Positions 24,740 through 37,121 of a DNA stretch of 64,000 bases are shown piece after piece. This DNA comes from Guillardia theta CCMP2712. Taxonomy: Eukaryota > Protista > Cryptophyta. The notes beneath the pieces were generated by a model, which saw only the letters and a program-made list of their open reading frames with translations, was not told where the DNA came from and did not search any database. Position 1 is the stretch's first letter. Each line of letters starts with the position of its first letter. The position numbers and the translations under genes were made by a program. The stretch covers positions 23,677-87,676 of the forward strand of contig NW_005434633.1 of NCBI RefSeq assembly GCF_000315625.1, written 5' to 3'.

Positions 24740-26150
24740 CACCCGTTCGTTTTAGTACCCCACCCGTATATTTCACCTCTAAATCACCCACCATTACACT
24801 CCTTGTTGACCCACCCATCTGTACCTCAGGACTTTCCGTCATCGATCCCCGGGGACCACCCCACCCCCTATTGTACTGAGACTCCGGACTTCGGACAGTC
24901 ACTTCTACCCCGATATCTTTCTTGTTTGAAGGGGGGTGGGTGGGTGTTCCGTGAAGAGGTAGAACAGGTGAGGCGCCTTTGACGGTGGGTAGGGGTACAT
25001 CGATGGTAGGGTGGTCGTGACATAACATCTATAAATACGGGTAGTTTTAATATCAATTGGTGGGGTGATAATGAAACAGCGAGGGTCACAAAAGATGAGG
25101 GGGGGTGTCGGAATTCGGAAAAGCCTTGAGCTAAAAAGCAATTGTTGACCACCCCACGGTGGAGCGCTGCCAACATTGGTACCACCACTACCACCATGAA
25201 TCACAGTGTTTGACACCGGTCAGAGGCCACCGGGGTAATTATTGGGGTAGTCCTACGTACCCCTACCATCACTGTCTCATGTACTACCCTACCCGATTGC
25301 ATCAGGTGTATAATGAACGAGGGTCTTCTTAGAGGACCCCGGATGCAGACCTTCCCCTGTCTTCCTAGTTCCAATGACCCCTACCCCTATCAATTATGAC
25401 CCCTATGTTGACAAGAACTGGTCTTTGACTGCCACCAGTCCGAATTCCTTTACTCCAGTTGCACACCTCCACCCCCTGGACCATGTACCCCCTGTGTATT
25501 CAATCACTGCCCACCTATTCCGTTTCATTGTGAGACTACGTTTGTAGTACCCCTCCTTAATGATACGTTTAACCCCTATCTAGAGGAGCTCACAGTCACG
25601 ACTTCTTTCTGTACCCCACCTAAACATGACAACCCCTACCCCAGTAACAAATGGGCCTTCTCTCTCAGATACGTCCATACCCCCACCCCGACTGTGCAAG
25701 GACCCTTCAAACTATACCCTTCCAAGAAAACCCCACCCTCTTCAACCATTCCACCCCTACCCCCTAGTAAAGAAGTACCATCCGGGAGGTTGCAGGTGAC
25801 GGCAAAGTGCTCTGCAGTCGAAGGGGTGGATCATTTCGGCAGGGGTGGGAGGGACTTGGCAAACAATATCAGCAGGGATCTAGGACGGGTACATTCTCCT
25901 GACATGGGTGGGTGGGGTAGTATCTTTTAGTCCGACATCAGCCCCAACGGACTTGTTTGTTCCAGCCACCCCTCGACAAGTGAAATATCCAATACCCCCA
26001 CCCTCCAATACATCAAGATACCCCCTCTTACAAAGTGAAAATAATGTATATAAATACCCGTACTCTCGGGAAAATATTGCCATGGACCCCATATTTTTCA
26101 TTGGTACCCCCACTTGGGGTAGGCATGAACGAGTTCCAAAAAAAACCCCG
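24740..26150. repeat. Non-coding region rich in TACCCC/GGGGTA motifs
   Basis: Many CCCCTACCC / GGGTAGGGG words on both strands; no credible ORF. Confidence 0.55.
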
Positions 26151-27581
26151 TAAAATCTAGAAAGAAAGTAAAAAAAAAGTATCAAATAATGATTTTAAGA
26201 TTCCTAGACTACTACTCTATTGTCCCGGTACTGATTTTTAATTTAAACTTTGAGTCAACCAACTACCATTGGTCGGTTTGCCTTTCTTTTTCAGCCAATA
26301 ACAAAAACTCCGATTCTCGTTTGCTATGCCGCACAGGAGTCAACGCTAGCGCTCGACGTGATGATGGAGACGTGGATCTTCAACTTCTTGGTTGTGATCC
26401 GAGGCATGAATTCTTGTTTGAACCTGGAGCTATGTCGACTGCAAGGGATACTTTGGTGAATTGGCTGGATCATTTGCAATTTACCATGTTCGGTCGTTGT
26501 AATCGACAGCATCGCATTGGTCAAGTAGTCAGACTATGATCCACCATTGCTTTCGCTTCACATTTGCTCAAACTATCTCGACAGTAAGATTAAGAATGAC
26601 TGCACAGCCAGCCTGTGCCCGGACATTGTGACATCCAAGCTGAAGTCTAGATTTACGCTCGTGATACCGGGAGGCTAACGACAACTGTTTGTGCGAGTCG
26701 TGCGTGCCTTATTCAAGAGTCCAACCTAAGATGTTTATACAATCCCAATCTTTCTTACCCATTGATAAACAGATTTCCTTCTTCACGTCGCAGCATTAAA
26801 AGCAATTTTCTTCAATGGGTAGTTTTCTCCTGTTATAGCGATGGGTTTCTTGCTTGTCAAGCAAGAAAATTTAAGTCAGAACAGCAAGGAGCATATCGAA
26901 AATGAAGGGAGGGAGGAAGTGAGATCAGGGAGGAGAAAGCGAGCGAGCGAGCGAGCGAGCGAGTAGTAGGATGCGGTGCAATCAAAAAAAAGAGACTGAA
27001 GGGCCTACGGTTTTCTCCCACCGAAAGCAAAGTTACCGTCAGCGACGATGGTGAGGAGTGTGTCTCAAGCGCGGTTGTTGCGTGCCTCTTGTCTTTTGTA
27101 ATGAGATGAAGGATGAAAACATGAAAGGGACGATAAGTTGGGGCAGCAGGGCCCGGATAGGAAGAGGAGACAGGAGCAAGAGGACGAGGTTGGAGCAAGA
27201 AGAGCACGTGGCAGGGGAACGGACAGGGTCAGATAATAAGAGATTCAAGAGAAGAATGCTAGAGTTGCTAAGAATTTCAAGGAATATTGAGATGAGGAGG
27301 TTGGATCACGAGATTAGTGAGGATGAAAGAAAGGCGGTAGGAAGAGGAGGGAGGTATCAGAGCTTTGCAGGGTGTGAGAGCGCAAGTGAAAGGGGAGCAG
27401 CCAGATTGAGTCTGCAGGATCAACAAGAAACGCAAGAGGAGGTGCTACTGTTCGAACGTGGTTCGGAAAGAGCAGGACATGCAACCTGATGCAGAAACGT
27501 TGCGACCTTGAATGATTTTGCTGACGAAACTGTGACAACTCTGTCTTCCGCGATGATTTACTTTCTGCACGCTGCTATGCC

Positions 27582-28307
27582 GTGACGGCTGACTTTTCGT
27601 TCCTCGAGGACAATGAGAGCGAGTTGTATGAAGATGTCCTGAAAGCAGAGAATATGCAATGTGAGCATGAAGAGACTTCAGTGCCACTCGAGCAAAGAAG
27701 AACGCAAGAAGTAGAATCAGGATCAGCGGCTGGATCGATACAACCGAGCCACAACTTCGTTTACCACGAGTCATTTCCTCGTGGCCGGGTGACTCAATCC
27801 CAAGTCCTTCCTTGGGAGAAGTGCATAACGCTTCTGAATCATGATACGAAGGATAAGAAGATACAAGTCAGTTCGAGCATGGCTGACTCGAGAGTTCACA
27901 TCATTTCTTCCTACGATGTAGATCTGAATGACCTGATGAAGAACCTATGGCTGTGGGAGGTGAAATTCGAGATTTTCTTTGTTGAGGAGGAAGCGGAGTG
28001 GTTGGATGTCTTCTCATGGAAGAAGGACCAGAGCTTATTCCACCTCCTTCCCCTCATCTTCCAAGCAGATTTTGTCTGGTGGAAAGTGAAGAACTACAAC
28101 ATGCTTGCGCACAGCTTTCACTTGAATCAGGAGCGCGTGAGAGTTGGAATGAAAGATTGCATGTCGGAGAAAGTCAACGTTGGACGTGATAGTGGGGCGG
28201 AGGACCCAGGAGTGAATCTTGAAAATGTACTCGACGACGTTTTGAATCCTTTTCGGCGGCTAAAAGTTGGGTATTCAATGCTCAGCTCCGAGAAGGTCTC
28301 GAACTGA
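27582..28307 (+). CDS. Hypothetical protein (probably with upstream exons from ~27100)
   Basis: 241-codon open frame with protein-like composition; no family recognised. Confidence 0.4.
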   Translation: MTADFSFLEDNESELYEDVLKAENMQCEHEETSVPLEQRRTQEVESGSAAGSIQPSHNFVYHESFPRGRVTQSQVLPWEKCITLLNHDTKDKKIQVSSSMADSRVHIISSYDVDLNDLMKNLWLWEVKFEIFFVEEEAEWLDVFSWKKDQSLFHLLPLIFQADFVWWKVKNYNMLAHSFHLNQERVRVGMKDCMSEKVNVGRDSGAEDPGVNLENVLDDVLNPFRRLKVGYSMLSSEKVSN

Positions 28308-28719
28308 TTTCATTACCGTTCGGTGACTCGTTAGTTCTTCCGAAAACTCGTCGGATGTGAGGGACTTGATGGCAGCCTGTGAGTGGCCGCTGGGACCGTC
28401 AGCAGGAGGCCGGGCTGGCACCTCCGACGACTCAATGGCGCGGTGCTGCGCACAGGCTGGCGGCGGCGCGTCAAATGAGTCAACTTTCGGCCAGGCTGGC
28501 AGTGCCAGGGCATTCTAGCTGAACTTTGATTTGTATGATCGTTAGCTACTTAACGACCAATTGCGGCAAGCGAGGACCATCCGTTTTTTAACATTGGTTC
28601 TGTCACTTGCACGGTGATCCAATAAACAAAGCACACGCTGCGAGTAAGAGACCCATCAAGCCTCGTTCTATCTGCTTACCCTGCATCCTGCATCGATTTC
28701 AACATGGTTTTGCAAGCTT

Positions 28720-29124
28720 CTTCTTGCTCCCCTTCATCATGGTGGGGCTGTGGCTGGTCATGTTCACGCTCTCCAGGATCCCGATATTCTACAGTGAGTA
28801 CCAGTCGGAGGTGGCCAGGATGTCCGACGACGAGTGGCTAAGGGACCTCTGCGGCTACAAGAGCTGCGTGGAGTACATCAACGAGGCCGTGCAGTGGGTG
28901 CTGGGCTGGGCACCCGCTTCCTCATCGCCATCCTCGCGGTCGTGCTGCTCTTCCCGACGCTCCTCTACCCGATCTACAGCGCCCAGCTCAACCGCATGGC
29001 GGACCGGCGCGTCATGTCGTTCTACCACACCCCCTACGGGATGGACTACCACATGCAGTCGCACCGGTACCCGCTCATCACGGAGGTGCAGGACCCGCAC
29101 GAGGACATCAAGAAGCTGGTCTGA
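28720..29124 (+). pseudogene. Intronless, high-GC3 membrane-protein gene with a frameshift; possibly of giant-virus origin
   Basis: N-part in the 28607 frame (SRIPIFYSEY..DEWLRDLCGYKSCVE) continues in the 28834 frame (FLIAILAVVLLFPTLLYP..). Nearly all codons end in G/C. Confidence 0.5.
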
Positions 29125-29226
29125 CCTTCTATTAGACGCCGGCTCACATCAGCACCCCCTCCGCCACGCCCAGGCAGCCCAGAGTGGTGACGACGGCGAA
29201 GTCCCTCCTCTTGGTGGAGATGGTCC

Positions 29227-29886
29227 TCACCTTGAGCAGGGGGCGGTCCTCAAGGGTGAAGCCGTGATCCTCTCCATCTCCCTCTGCATCAGCTCCAGCG
29301 CCTCGTCCTTGAACGGCATGCTGTGCACCTTGCAGTTGCTCCTGAACTCGGCGAGGGAGTGGGTCGCGATGTCCATGGCCGGGACGCTTCGCAGGTCCCC
29401 CCTGGCGGTGATGCTGTTGTAGGTCATGATGGGCTTGTCGAAGCCGAGGATGCGCGAGACGTAGTCGGGCGAGCCGACCGCCACGTGCCGCTGCAGCTGC
29501 TGGTTGATGTGGTGGTGCTGGAGGATGTGCTCGTTGTCGTCCCCGATGGCGGTGACGACGGAGGTCAGGACGCGGAGGGGTGCGTCCTCCTTCTGCTTCA
29601 TCGTCACCGTCACCTCCTCCGTCATCACGGAGCCGTTGAAGCAGACTGAGGTGCGGCTCAGGCGGAGGCTGCCCAGCTCGGACTGCTCGATGCTCCAGTC
29701 CCCGCTGTAGAGCTGGATGTTGTGCAACGTGCTCGTCGATCCCACGGTGACGGTCTGCTTGAGCTGCATGGGGTTAATCACCTTCACCCCCGCCTCGTTG
29801 GCCTTGATGCTGCGGCAGGCGGCGCCCCAGGCCCGGCCGAGGTCGCCGAACTTCTGCAGCAGTCCCACCTCGTCCTTGTCCACCAC
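29227..29886 (-). pseudogene. Intronless, high-GC3 hypothetical ORF lacking a 5' ATG; possibly of giant-virus origin
   Basis: 219 open codons with strong G/C third positions, convergent with the previous ORF; begins abruptly at a GTG. Confidence 0.5.
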
Positions 29887-31099
29887 GTGGCGACATGGGT
29901 TCCGTCCGGATGGTCAAGCCGAGCCCCTGCCTCATGATCATCGAGTCCAGCTGCTTCTGCCTGCTGCAGCTCCTCGCAAGCTCGCTCCACTGCTGCGATT
30001 CACGGCGGTGGAGTCGTCAGTGGTCGATTCAGGATTTTATCCGATGATCACTGTCAAGCCGCAGTGAGTCGCCAAACTCGGAAGAACAACAAAGCTGAGT
30101 ACGGAAGCTACTGTGACAGAGTCGGTCGGAGTCGCGGAACTCAGTTCAGCCTTGAAGGACTGACTCGGAGCAGTGTCGGACTAGTAACTTGAGAGATTAA
30201 CATTTACACTTGCATCCTATTACAATGTTTCTATGAGCAAAGATCTAGTATCTTAGACGAGAATATTATCAGTCTTTTAGCCTCGATGTTCATCATCATT
30301 ACTAATCTACATCAAGGCAAGCAGATCGACTGCCTACAAGCGCTACAAGCTCAGAACAACGTACACTAGATGTACATGAACCAACGCAATTTGCAGGAAA
30401 TGTCGTACAAAAAAACGCTTCAAACACAAAAATTCCACATAAAGACCATTGTACAGGTAAGAACTTTCTCCAAACGTGTGACAGAATGCCAACTTTAACC
30501 GTTTTCCTCTGCTTTGCACCGCTGGAGCAGCATGGCAATCGATTCGTAGGGGATCAACTAAAAGTTTCTCTTTACTCGAAGTAAAGTTTTAAAATTCATA
30601 TCTAAATATCTAAAAAACAGACTTTTAAAAGGCCAAAAAAAACAAGTGGTCAATTGAACACCCCTACCCCCCACCCTGTGACCTTCTGCCATGGGCATGA
30701 GAGGGCTGGCTTGTTTACAATGCCGGAAGTTGGTGAGTAAGAGCGGTGAGAGAAGGGGAAAGGGAGGAAGGAGGTGAGGGAAGGAAGAAGACAAGAAGGT
30801 GAGCGAAGGAAGAAGAGGTTAACACGATGTAGAAGAACAAAAAGTAGCAAAACAGAGCAAAACAGAGAAAACAGAAATGAGGAAGTCCAGTGAAGTAGGG
30901 AGGTCTGGAACAAAATGAGATCTGATGCTCTAGACTACAAGACACAGACCAACGCATACCGCTATAAGATGAGGAGCGTTGTGAAAGAAGTCACACAGCA
31001 CTTAGAGCAATGAAATAGCCTGCAAGACAGAGCAAGGTGGGAAGCAAAGGAATGGGTTTGATGTGTGTGGCATCAACGAAGCTCAAAGAGGGGGCATCC

Positions 31100-33600
31100 A
31101 GTCCGCATGATGTGAAGTGGCCTTGTGAAACAGAAGAAAAAATGCGACGGAGAGATCCCCTGCCTCAACTGTACGAGCAGAGGTCTGTTGCTCGCACTGA
31201 ATAGTTTGCAACCTAACCTTCATATCTGTGCAGGACAAGCGCACGTATGCTCCCGGGCAGAGCTGAAAGTGCGGTGTTGATGTGCACCTCGAGGAGGCTG
31301 ACAGTAGCTGATAGGAGGCGTGTGCATTTTGCAAGAAGAGGAAGATCAGATGCGACAAGATGCGGCCATGTCCGAGCAGAGGCACTCTTGTACGTACACT
31401 CACTTGTGTGCAGGCTCGCGGTGTGTATCGAGCGGACGGCAGACTGAATGCATGGGATCAGATGAGATAGAGATAGAGCGTGGTTGATGTATGAGCTGGT
31501 TGATGTATGAGCTGATACCCAACATCAGGACACACTCTGGATCTCTCCGACGACCAAGATGTGAATCTCGGAGGCTGCAAGTGTCTTTGCATGTTGACAT
31601 GAGCTTGATTGTGCAGCTCGCGGATCCTCCTACAAGTGATTTCGTCGAAAGCTCGATTGCAGACGAGTACTCCCCGTAACGAGCGTCGACGGGTGTTGCA
31701 CGGGGGATCTGATCTGCATGTACAGAATGGACGAAAGCCTGCAAAGCTCGTCGACGGACAGCACACTTCAGGTCAATGTGATCAGGCCTCTGCAGACTGC
31801 CATGCACTTGTACCTTCGGGATCCTGTTTCTGGGGAGGTGAGGCAATCAGAGGAAGACGTGCAGATTCTCTGATAGCGTGATGCGCACGTAACGTCTCTG
31901 CAGGTACGGGATGCTCACCTTGAAAGGTTGAGAATCCCGAGGCTGTTGATCAAGGCCTTCTTGCAAGTAGGATACAACTCAACACTGTATCCCTTCATTT
32001 TGTGTCTCCTACCGATACATCTGAAACATTGACAGGATGGTAAAGATGTTTCATGATATGCCATCAAACGTGCGATCGGCTTTCTTTCATGGATCGAATG
32101 CAATTGAGCTGATCGCCACAAGGTTATTACATTTGTTCTTATGCGTCAAGGAACTTTGACATCGCATCTTCCAGCTCTTTCATGGGAGAGTTTGCTATCA
32201 TGAGACATCAGCAACAGGCTTCAGACAGTCAGCGATGATGGAAGGATTTTTTTATGCTGAATTTTGCACCTTCCAGGTAAACATTTGTTCAACATCGACA
32301 GCTTGAGAGATGCAGTATCGACAGAAGCAGGTTTGGGGTGAGTATCTCACAATGGGAGCGATGATGGATATGGTGAATGATGGCGATGGCGATGGCGATG
32401 GCGATGATGAATCGTGATGGTAGTGATAGTGCTGACGATAATGATGATGATTGTGATGACGAGGAGAGTTGAATGTTGAATGTAGTCAGATCATCTTCAT
32501 CATATGATGATCATACTGAATCTTCGACTAGTTACTGGATCATGGAGATGGATCCAAACACGATGGTTCGAACAAAGGTCGAGGTAACTGATGTTGGTTC
32601 AACAACTGGCAAGTGTTTGTTCATACTTCTTTCTTCCGCGTCTTCTTCCTCTTCTCTTATCCTGTCCTCGCTCCCATGCTGCTTTGCTCTGCAGATAAGC
32701 TCGGGAATCGCCTTCTTCCTAAACATGCACCCGGAAGAAATGCTCGCACGCCTGGGAAACTGCGACAACGCCCTTCCTAACTCGGAGCTCGAGTTCTTCG
32801 GCAACATGACATGTCGCCTTTCTCCTCTTATGCATTGTTTTTCCTCCTTGTACAGCCTGACCTTTTCTCTCCGTGTTTTTTCTTCCGCAGTTCCATTTTT
32901 ATTCTCCATGTTTTCCCACTCCTCTCTCCGACGTGACGATGACGTCATCAGATGAGATTGCCAAGGTCCTAGACTCAAGAATAGTCCGCAACGTCCGCAT
33001 GATCCGACGATGCCCACGGGTAACGGGAGCGCGAAGGAGAAGCAGCATGACGTGGGATGGCAGAGCGGAAAACTCACAGATCCCTTGCTCGCCCGTCTGA
33101 TCTCAATGAAGGAGCGAGATGCTCACGGACGGTGAGACTTCACAGAGGGAGAGAAGAGGAGGAAAAGAAGAGCGAAGGGTAACATTATATCAGGGTAATC
33201 CGCGTCATGAACGTGCTGCAGCGTCTTAGCCCCGAGGAGTACGACTCAGCATGCAGGTCCTCGCTTTCCTCTGAAGAGCTCACATAGTGTGCTTGTCGCC
33301 TTTCCCCTTCCCATCTACTTGCTCCCAGTGCACATCTTGACCTATGTGCTTGTCCTCCTCGTCCTCTCCATCCGCATCTTCCTCCTGCCCGTCTAGACGT
33401 ATCTCATGCTGTTGCCAGGAACGAGCCTGAGACTTGCCGCCCTCTCATGGATTGTCTCGGGGACGTGAGAGGGGGGGAAGAGCTGCTCGAGTCTGCGAAC
33501 TACGACTCGCTCTTCACGCAGAGCTTCGCGTCTCTCAACGGGAGCGCGCAGGTGGGAAGAGGAGGGTGACGTGAAAGCCAAGTTGAGGGGGAAAGAATGC
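31100..33600 (+). CDS. Hypothetical multi-exon protein
   Basis: Spliceable exons such as VRDAHLERLRIPRLLIKAFLQVGY, WIMEMDPNTMVRTKVE, IAFFLNMHPEEMLARLGNCD, MTWDGRA. Limits approximate. Confidence 0.45.
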
Positions 33601-33849
33601 CGGGATGGGTTGGGGGGGAAGGAGGGAGGGGCGGGGAGGAGACTGAGAGGCTGACCGATGCTGGGGGTGCAGGGATTACAACAAGCGCAGAAGCTGACGG
33701 AGAAGGTGCAGCAGCTGTTTGCTCCGTTTGTCGAGTACGCGACTTCGAAGGGACTGTTAAGATAGAAGAGTATGAGAGTGTCAAGTGGGAGGAGGATCAG
33801 GGTTGTAAACAAGTGATAAGATGCGAGTGAGTCGCCTAGTTCGCTGGCT

Positions 33850-36650
33850 CAAAGCTTCTCCACCATCCATGCTCCTCACCTTGTCAGACTGCCAGCAACC
33901 TCCTCGTCCCGACCAGTGACACAGCAAGGTTCAGGAGGAGATTACGGTACTAGCCTTTCAGATGTAGAGTGAGCTTCAGTTAGACGACTGTGATTTGCCT
34001 ATAGACTCTGCAACAATCTCAACCCCCTTTACCATCTTACTGCTGCAATGATGCCGCTCGAAACCATGTAAAACATCCCAACCGCGTCGTGCTCGACAAG
34101 TGGAAAGAGACTTTGCGTTGCACCCATGTTGTTTTGCTCCCTGATAGTCGTTGCTGCTCCACCTGGAAGACCCGTAGGTTACCTTCGTGAAGCAAGCCCA
34201 GCAGAGACGGATCCAGCTCCAGCACAAGTGGTTCCCTCACAGGTGGGGCTGTGGCCGGAGACTATATACAGCTGCTAGCTCACTTCAGGCGCGAAGGGGG
34301 AGTAGACAGCGATGGGCATAGCAAGGACTGCAGGACTGCTAGGAATACGTCTCAAACCGTCTACCGCTGATACTGCAATCACTGAGCAAATGTGGTAGAA
34401 CACTACAACAATCGTGATCTGAAGGAAGCTCGACAACGTCTTGTTGGTAATGGTCACATGAAGGATTCCTTTGAGTCTATCCTTGTACAAACTCTTGACA
34501 CGTTCCGAGGATGGAGGGGTGGATGGAGAGATTCCCCGTTAGTTGTAGCCAGCGTCCGAGCGAGTCGAGGGATCCACAGCCTGTGACTTCACTGATCTGC
34601 TTAATGCGTTGGATTACGTAGTCTCGCTCCGCACTGTCCCCTGTCTCCATGAGGCTTGCGACGAAGTTCCATGCGTCTCGTCCGAGAATGACTTTAGGGT
34701 GTTCGAGCTGCATCCCCCCTGTGTATTTGGGGGCCTGGAATATGATACTTGCCGTGGAGAGGGCCCGGGGCGCTTCCAAGCGGCTCGCATGGCTTGGGTT
34801 CACACGTTGTAAAGCTGGTCTAGTTCCTCGTCGTTCCTATGCATGATGGCGGCGGAGTACCGAAAGATCGTGACTATAGAGACAAGTCTGCCAGTGGGCG
34901 GAGCTGGAAATCAACGCAGGGAAAAGCGAAATATCGGGGTATGACTACCGCCTCCACTCGGAGATCCAGGAGGTGTGCACAGTTAAAATCAATCAAGTAT
35001 CTGCCTGCCCATCAATCTTTCCGGTACCTTGGATTCCGGGTCGCGATTCACGCACAAACCTGCAGATATAAGAGGCATGCCGCTCTCTGATCTCCTGGGA
35101 GGACGTGCATACAACCTTCGAGAAGGAGTACATCCTCACAAAGACCAGAGAGCTTGGTAACAAACTTAAGGGCAAGCACTACCTACCAACACAGCTGCAC
35201 TGGGTTGTAATTGTTCCACTAAGTCGATCGGTGAGCGCAGCTCTCGGACGCTGTCTGTCAAGAGCGCTACGTCGTCTGCGTACCAGCTCTGATGGTAGTC
35301 CTGCCCACCAAAGCTGACCGTCCCTGGGACCGTGTCCAGGAGTCTTGCCAGCGCCGATGTAATGCACAGAGCCAAGATAGGCGAGAGAGCGGAGCCTTGC
35401 AAGATTCCCTTGTGGAGCTGTATTTCTGCAAGTGGTCCCTGGTCATCTAGGATCCGAAAGGCCATCTCCTCCAGACATTTGCCTAGGATGATTGAGTCCT
35501 GATCTGAGAGCCCAAAGGTGCCCAGAAGATGCAGCACAACCTCGCGTCGTATGGTACCAAAGAAGTTGCTAAGATCGAGATACGCGACAATCAGACATTG
35601 TTTCCGGGCCCCGGATTGTCTGTAGCAGTTTCCACGCCTGTCTTTTGCAGCCTCTTCCTCCTCGGAAGCCCCGGGGTTGCGTCGGGTGGAGCACTTGGTG
35701 TTCCTCCAAGGCTGTCGTATGCAGGGCACCAAGAACTGGTTCGGCAGTTGTCTGCCCCTGATGAGATGTTCGAAAGGACAGGGCCGCAGTGGTCAATGTA
35801 GTCGCTGCCGTTTCCAGTGCTGAAGCTACTAACCGCGGGCATACCCCAGGCCTCCCTGTGCCACAACGCTGGCAGGGTCTCTGCTCTTCGGGGATAGCAT
35901 TGATCGCATGAAAGAACTCCGTGTTGGCCTGCTTGTTCCTCTCTTGTGCTCGTTGGTGCGTTCAGTGCATCGCTGCAGGCCCTCCAGTTATGCGACGATA
36001 GCCCTCGTGAATCGAGAACAGCAGCCCGCTGTAGTATCGTGCGTATCCCACGAGGTGCAGGTTATTTCGACCTGCGCTGCGTCGTGTCGTCGCTGTATCC
36101 GAACCTGTATTACGTCTTGAGCCGCCCTCGCGTAAACAAAAATAAAAATAGCATTCATCATGGAGGACTGCAGTGCCACGTTTAGCGTCGTGCTGGTTCG
36201 CACTAGGGCCACTGATTCGCTACTACACCATCCTGGTCCTCCATGACGGTCAGAAGGAGTGTCGCTATATCCTGCTCCGCTCCAGTGACTACAATCTGGT
36301 TAGGATGCTGTTGTCTTGGTGATCCCGTGGTTCGGATCTTAGCTGCGGCGAAGTTCCTCCATTTCCCCATGATTTGGTGAGTCTCCTCCGCTTGCATCCT
36401 CACCTGCTCTTGCTGCCCCTGTGCTTCCTCATCGGTCTGACCTTCAGGGTCTCCCTCTACACGCCCGACCGAGCAGACGCGCTGGAGGCAGACGGCGACC
36501 AGACGGCGAGCCGTGGACATGGCTGTTTGTATCGAGTCGGAGTAACGCACGGCATGACGATCTGCTACATGCTTCCTCGAAGCGAAAGAAGCACTCAGCG
36601 CTCATCGCCCACGCGAGGAAGCAGCCCCCCTCTTCGGATTAGCCCAGTTG
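33850..36650 (-). mobile_element. Degenerate non-LTR (LINE-like) retrotransposon with reverse transcriptase
   Basis: RT motifs YLDLSNFFGTI, KGILQGSALSP, WYADDVALL (35200-35600, -); thumb FRYLG in an inverted piece; downstream FQAPKYTGGMQLEHP. Stops and frameshifts; ends approximate. Confidence 0.88.
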
Positions 36651-37121
36651 CCACTTAAATCGAATTGACCAGATAAGCCGAGCCACTTGCTTTAGGTAAC
36701 TTCTTGACTAAATATCAGTCATCTTGATTGATTTAAAGACATTCTAGCTGTCTTCCAATCTGATTTAACTACTTTTCACTTAATTTGTTTCTTTGTTAAG
36801 TAAAATTTAAATGGAAAAAAATCTCCTTGCTGATGTGTCCAGTACCACCCCCAGAGAGCCTATACCCTAGTTCCTCCATTCAGTACCCCTACTTTTTCCT
36901 CTTAGTACCCCCTGTTTTGGCACTGCCATTCCAAGTTTTCACATGCCTACCGAACCTCGTGGTTCCACTCTCCCATCCAATTACCACCCCTTCAAAGAAT
37001 GACCCTACCTATCAATTTAGAGCAAAAATGTTATGATATAACCCGTGCTTCCATCACCCCACCCCAGATCATCCACAAATTTGCTAAGGGGTTCCACCAC
37101 TCCTTCCCCTCCTTTCACACC

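Noticed and set aside
26189-26700. Short ORFs after the TACCCC-rich region
   Set aside because: No recognisable domain or splice pattern; cannot be supported as a gene.
33850-36650. RT as a DGR, retron or group II intron enzyme diversifying ORF311
   Set aside because: Motifs are LINE-type, the element is broken, and ORF311 differences are not adenine-specific; no template/variable repeat pair was seen.
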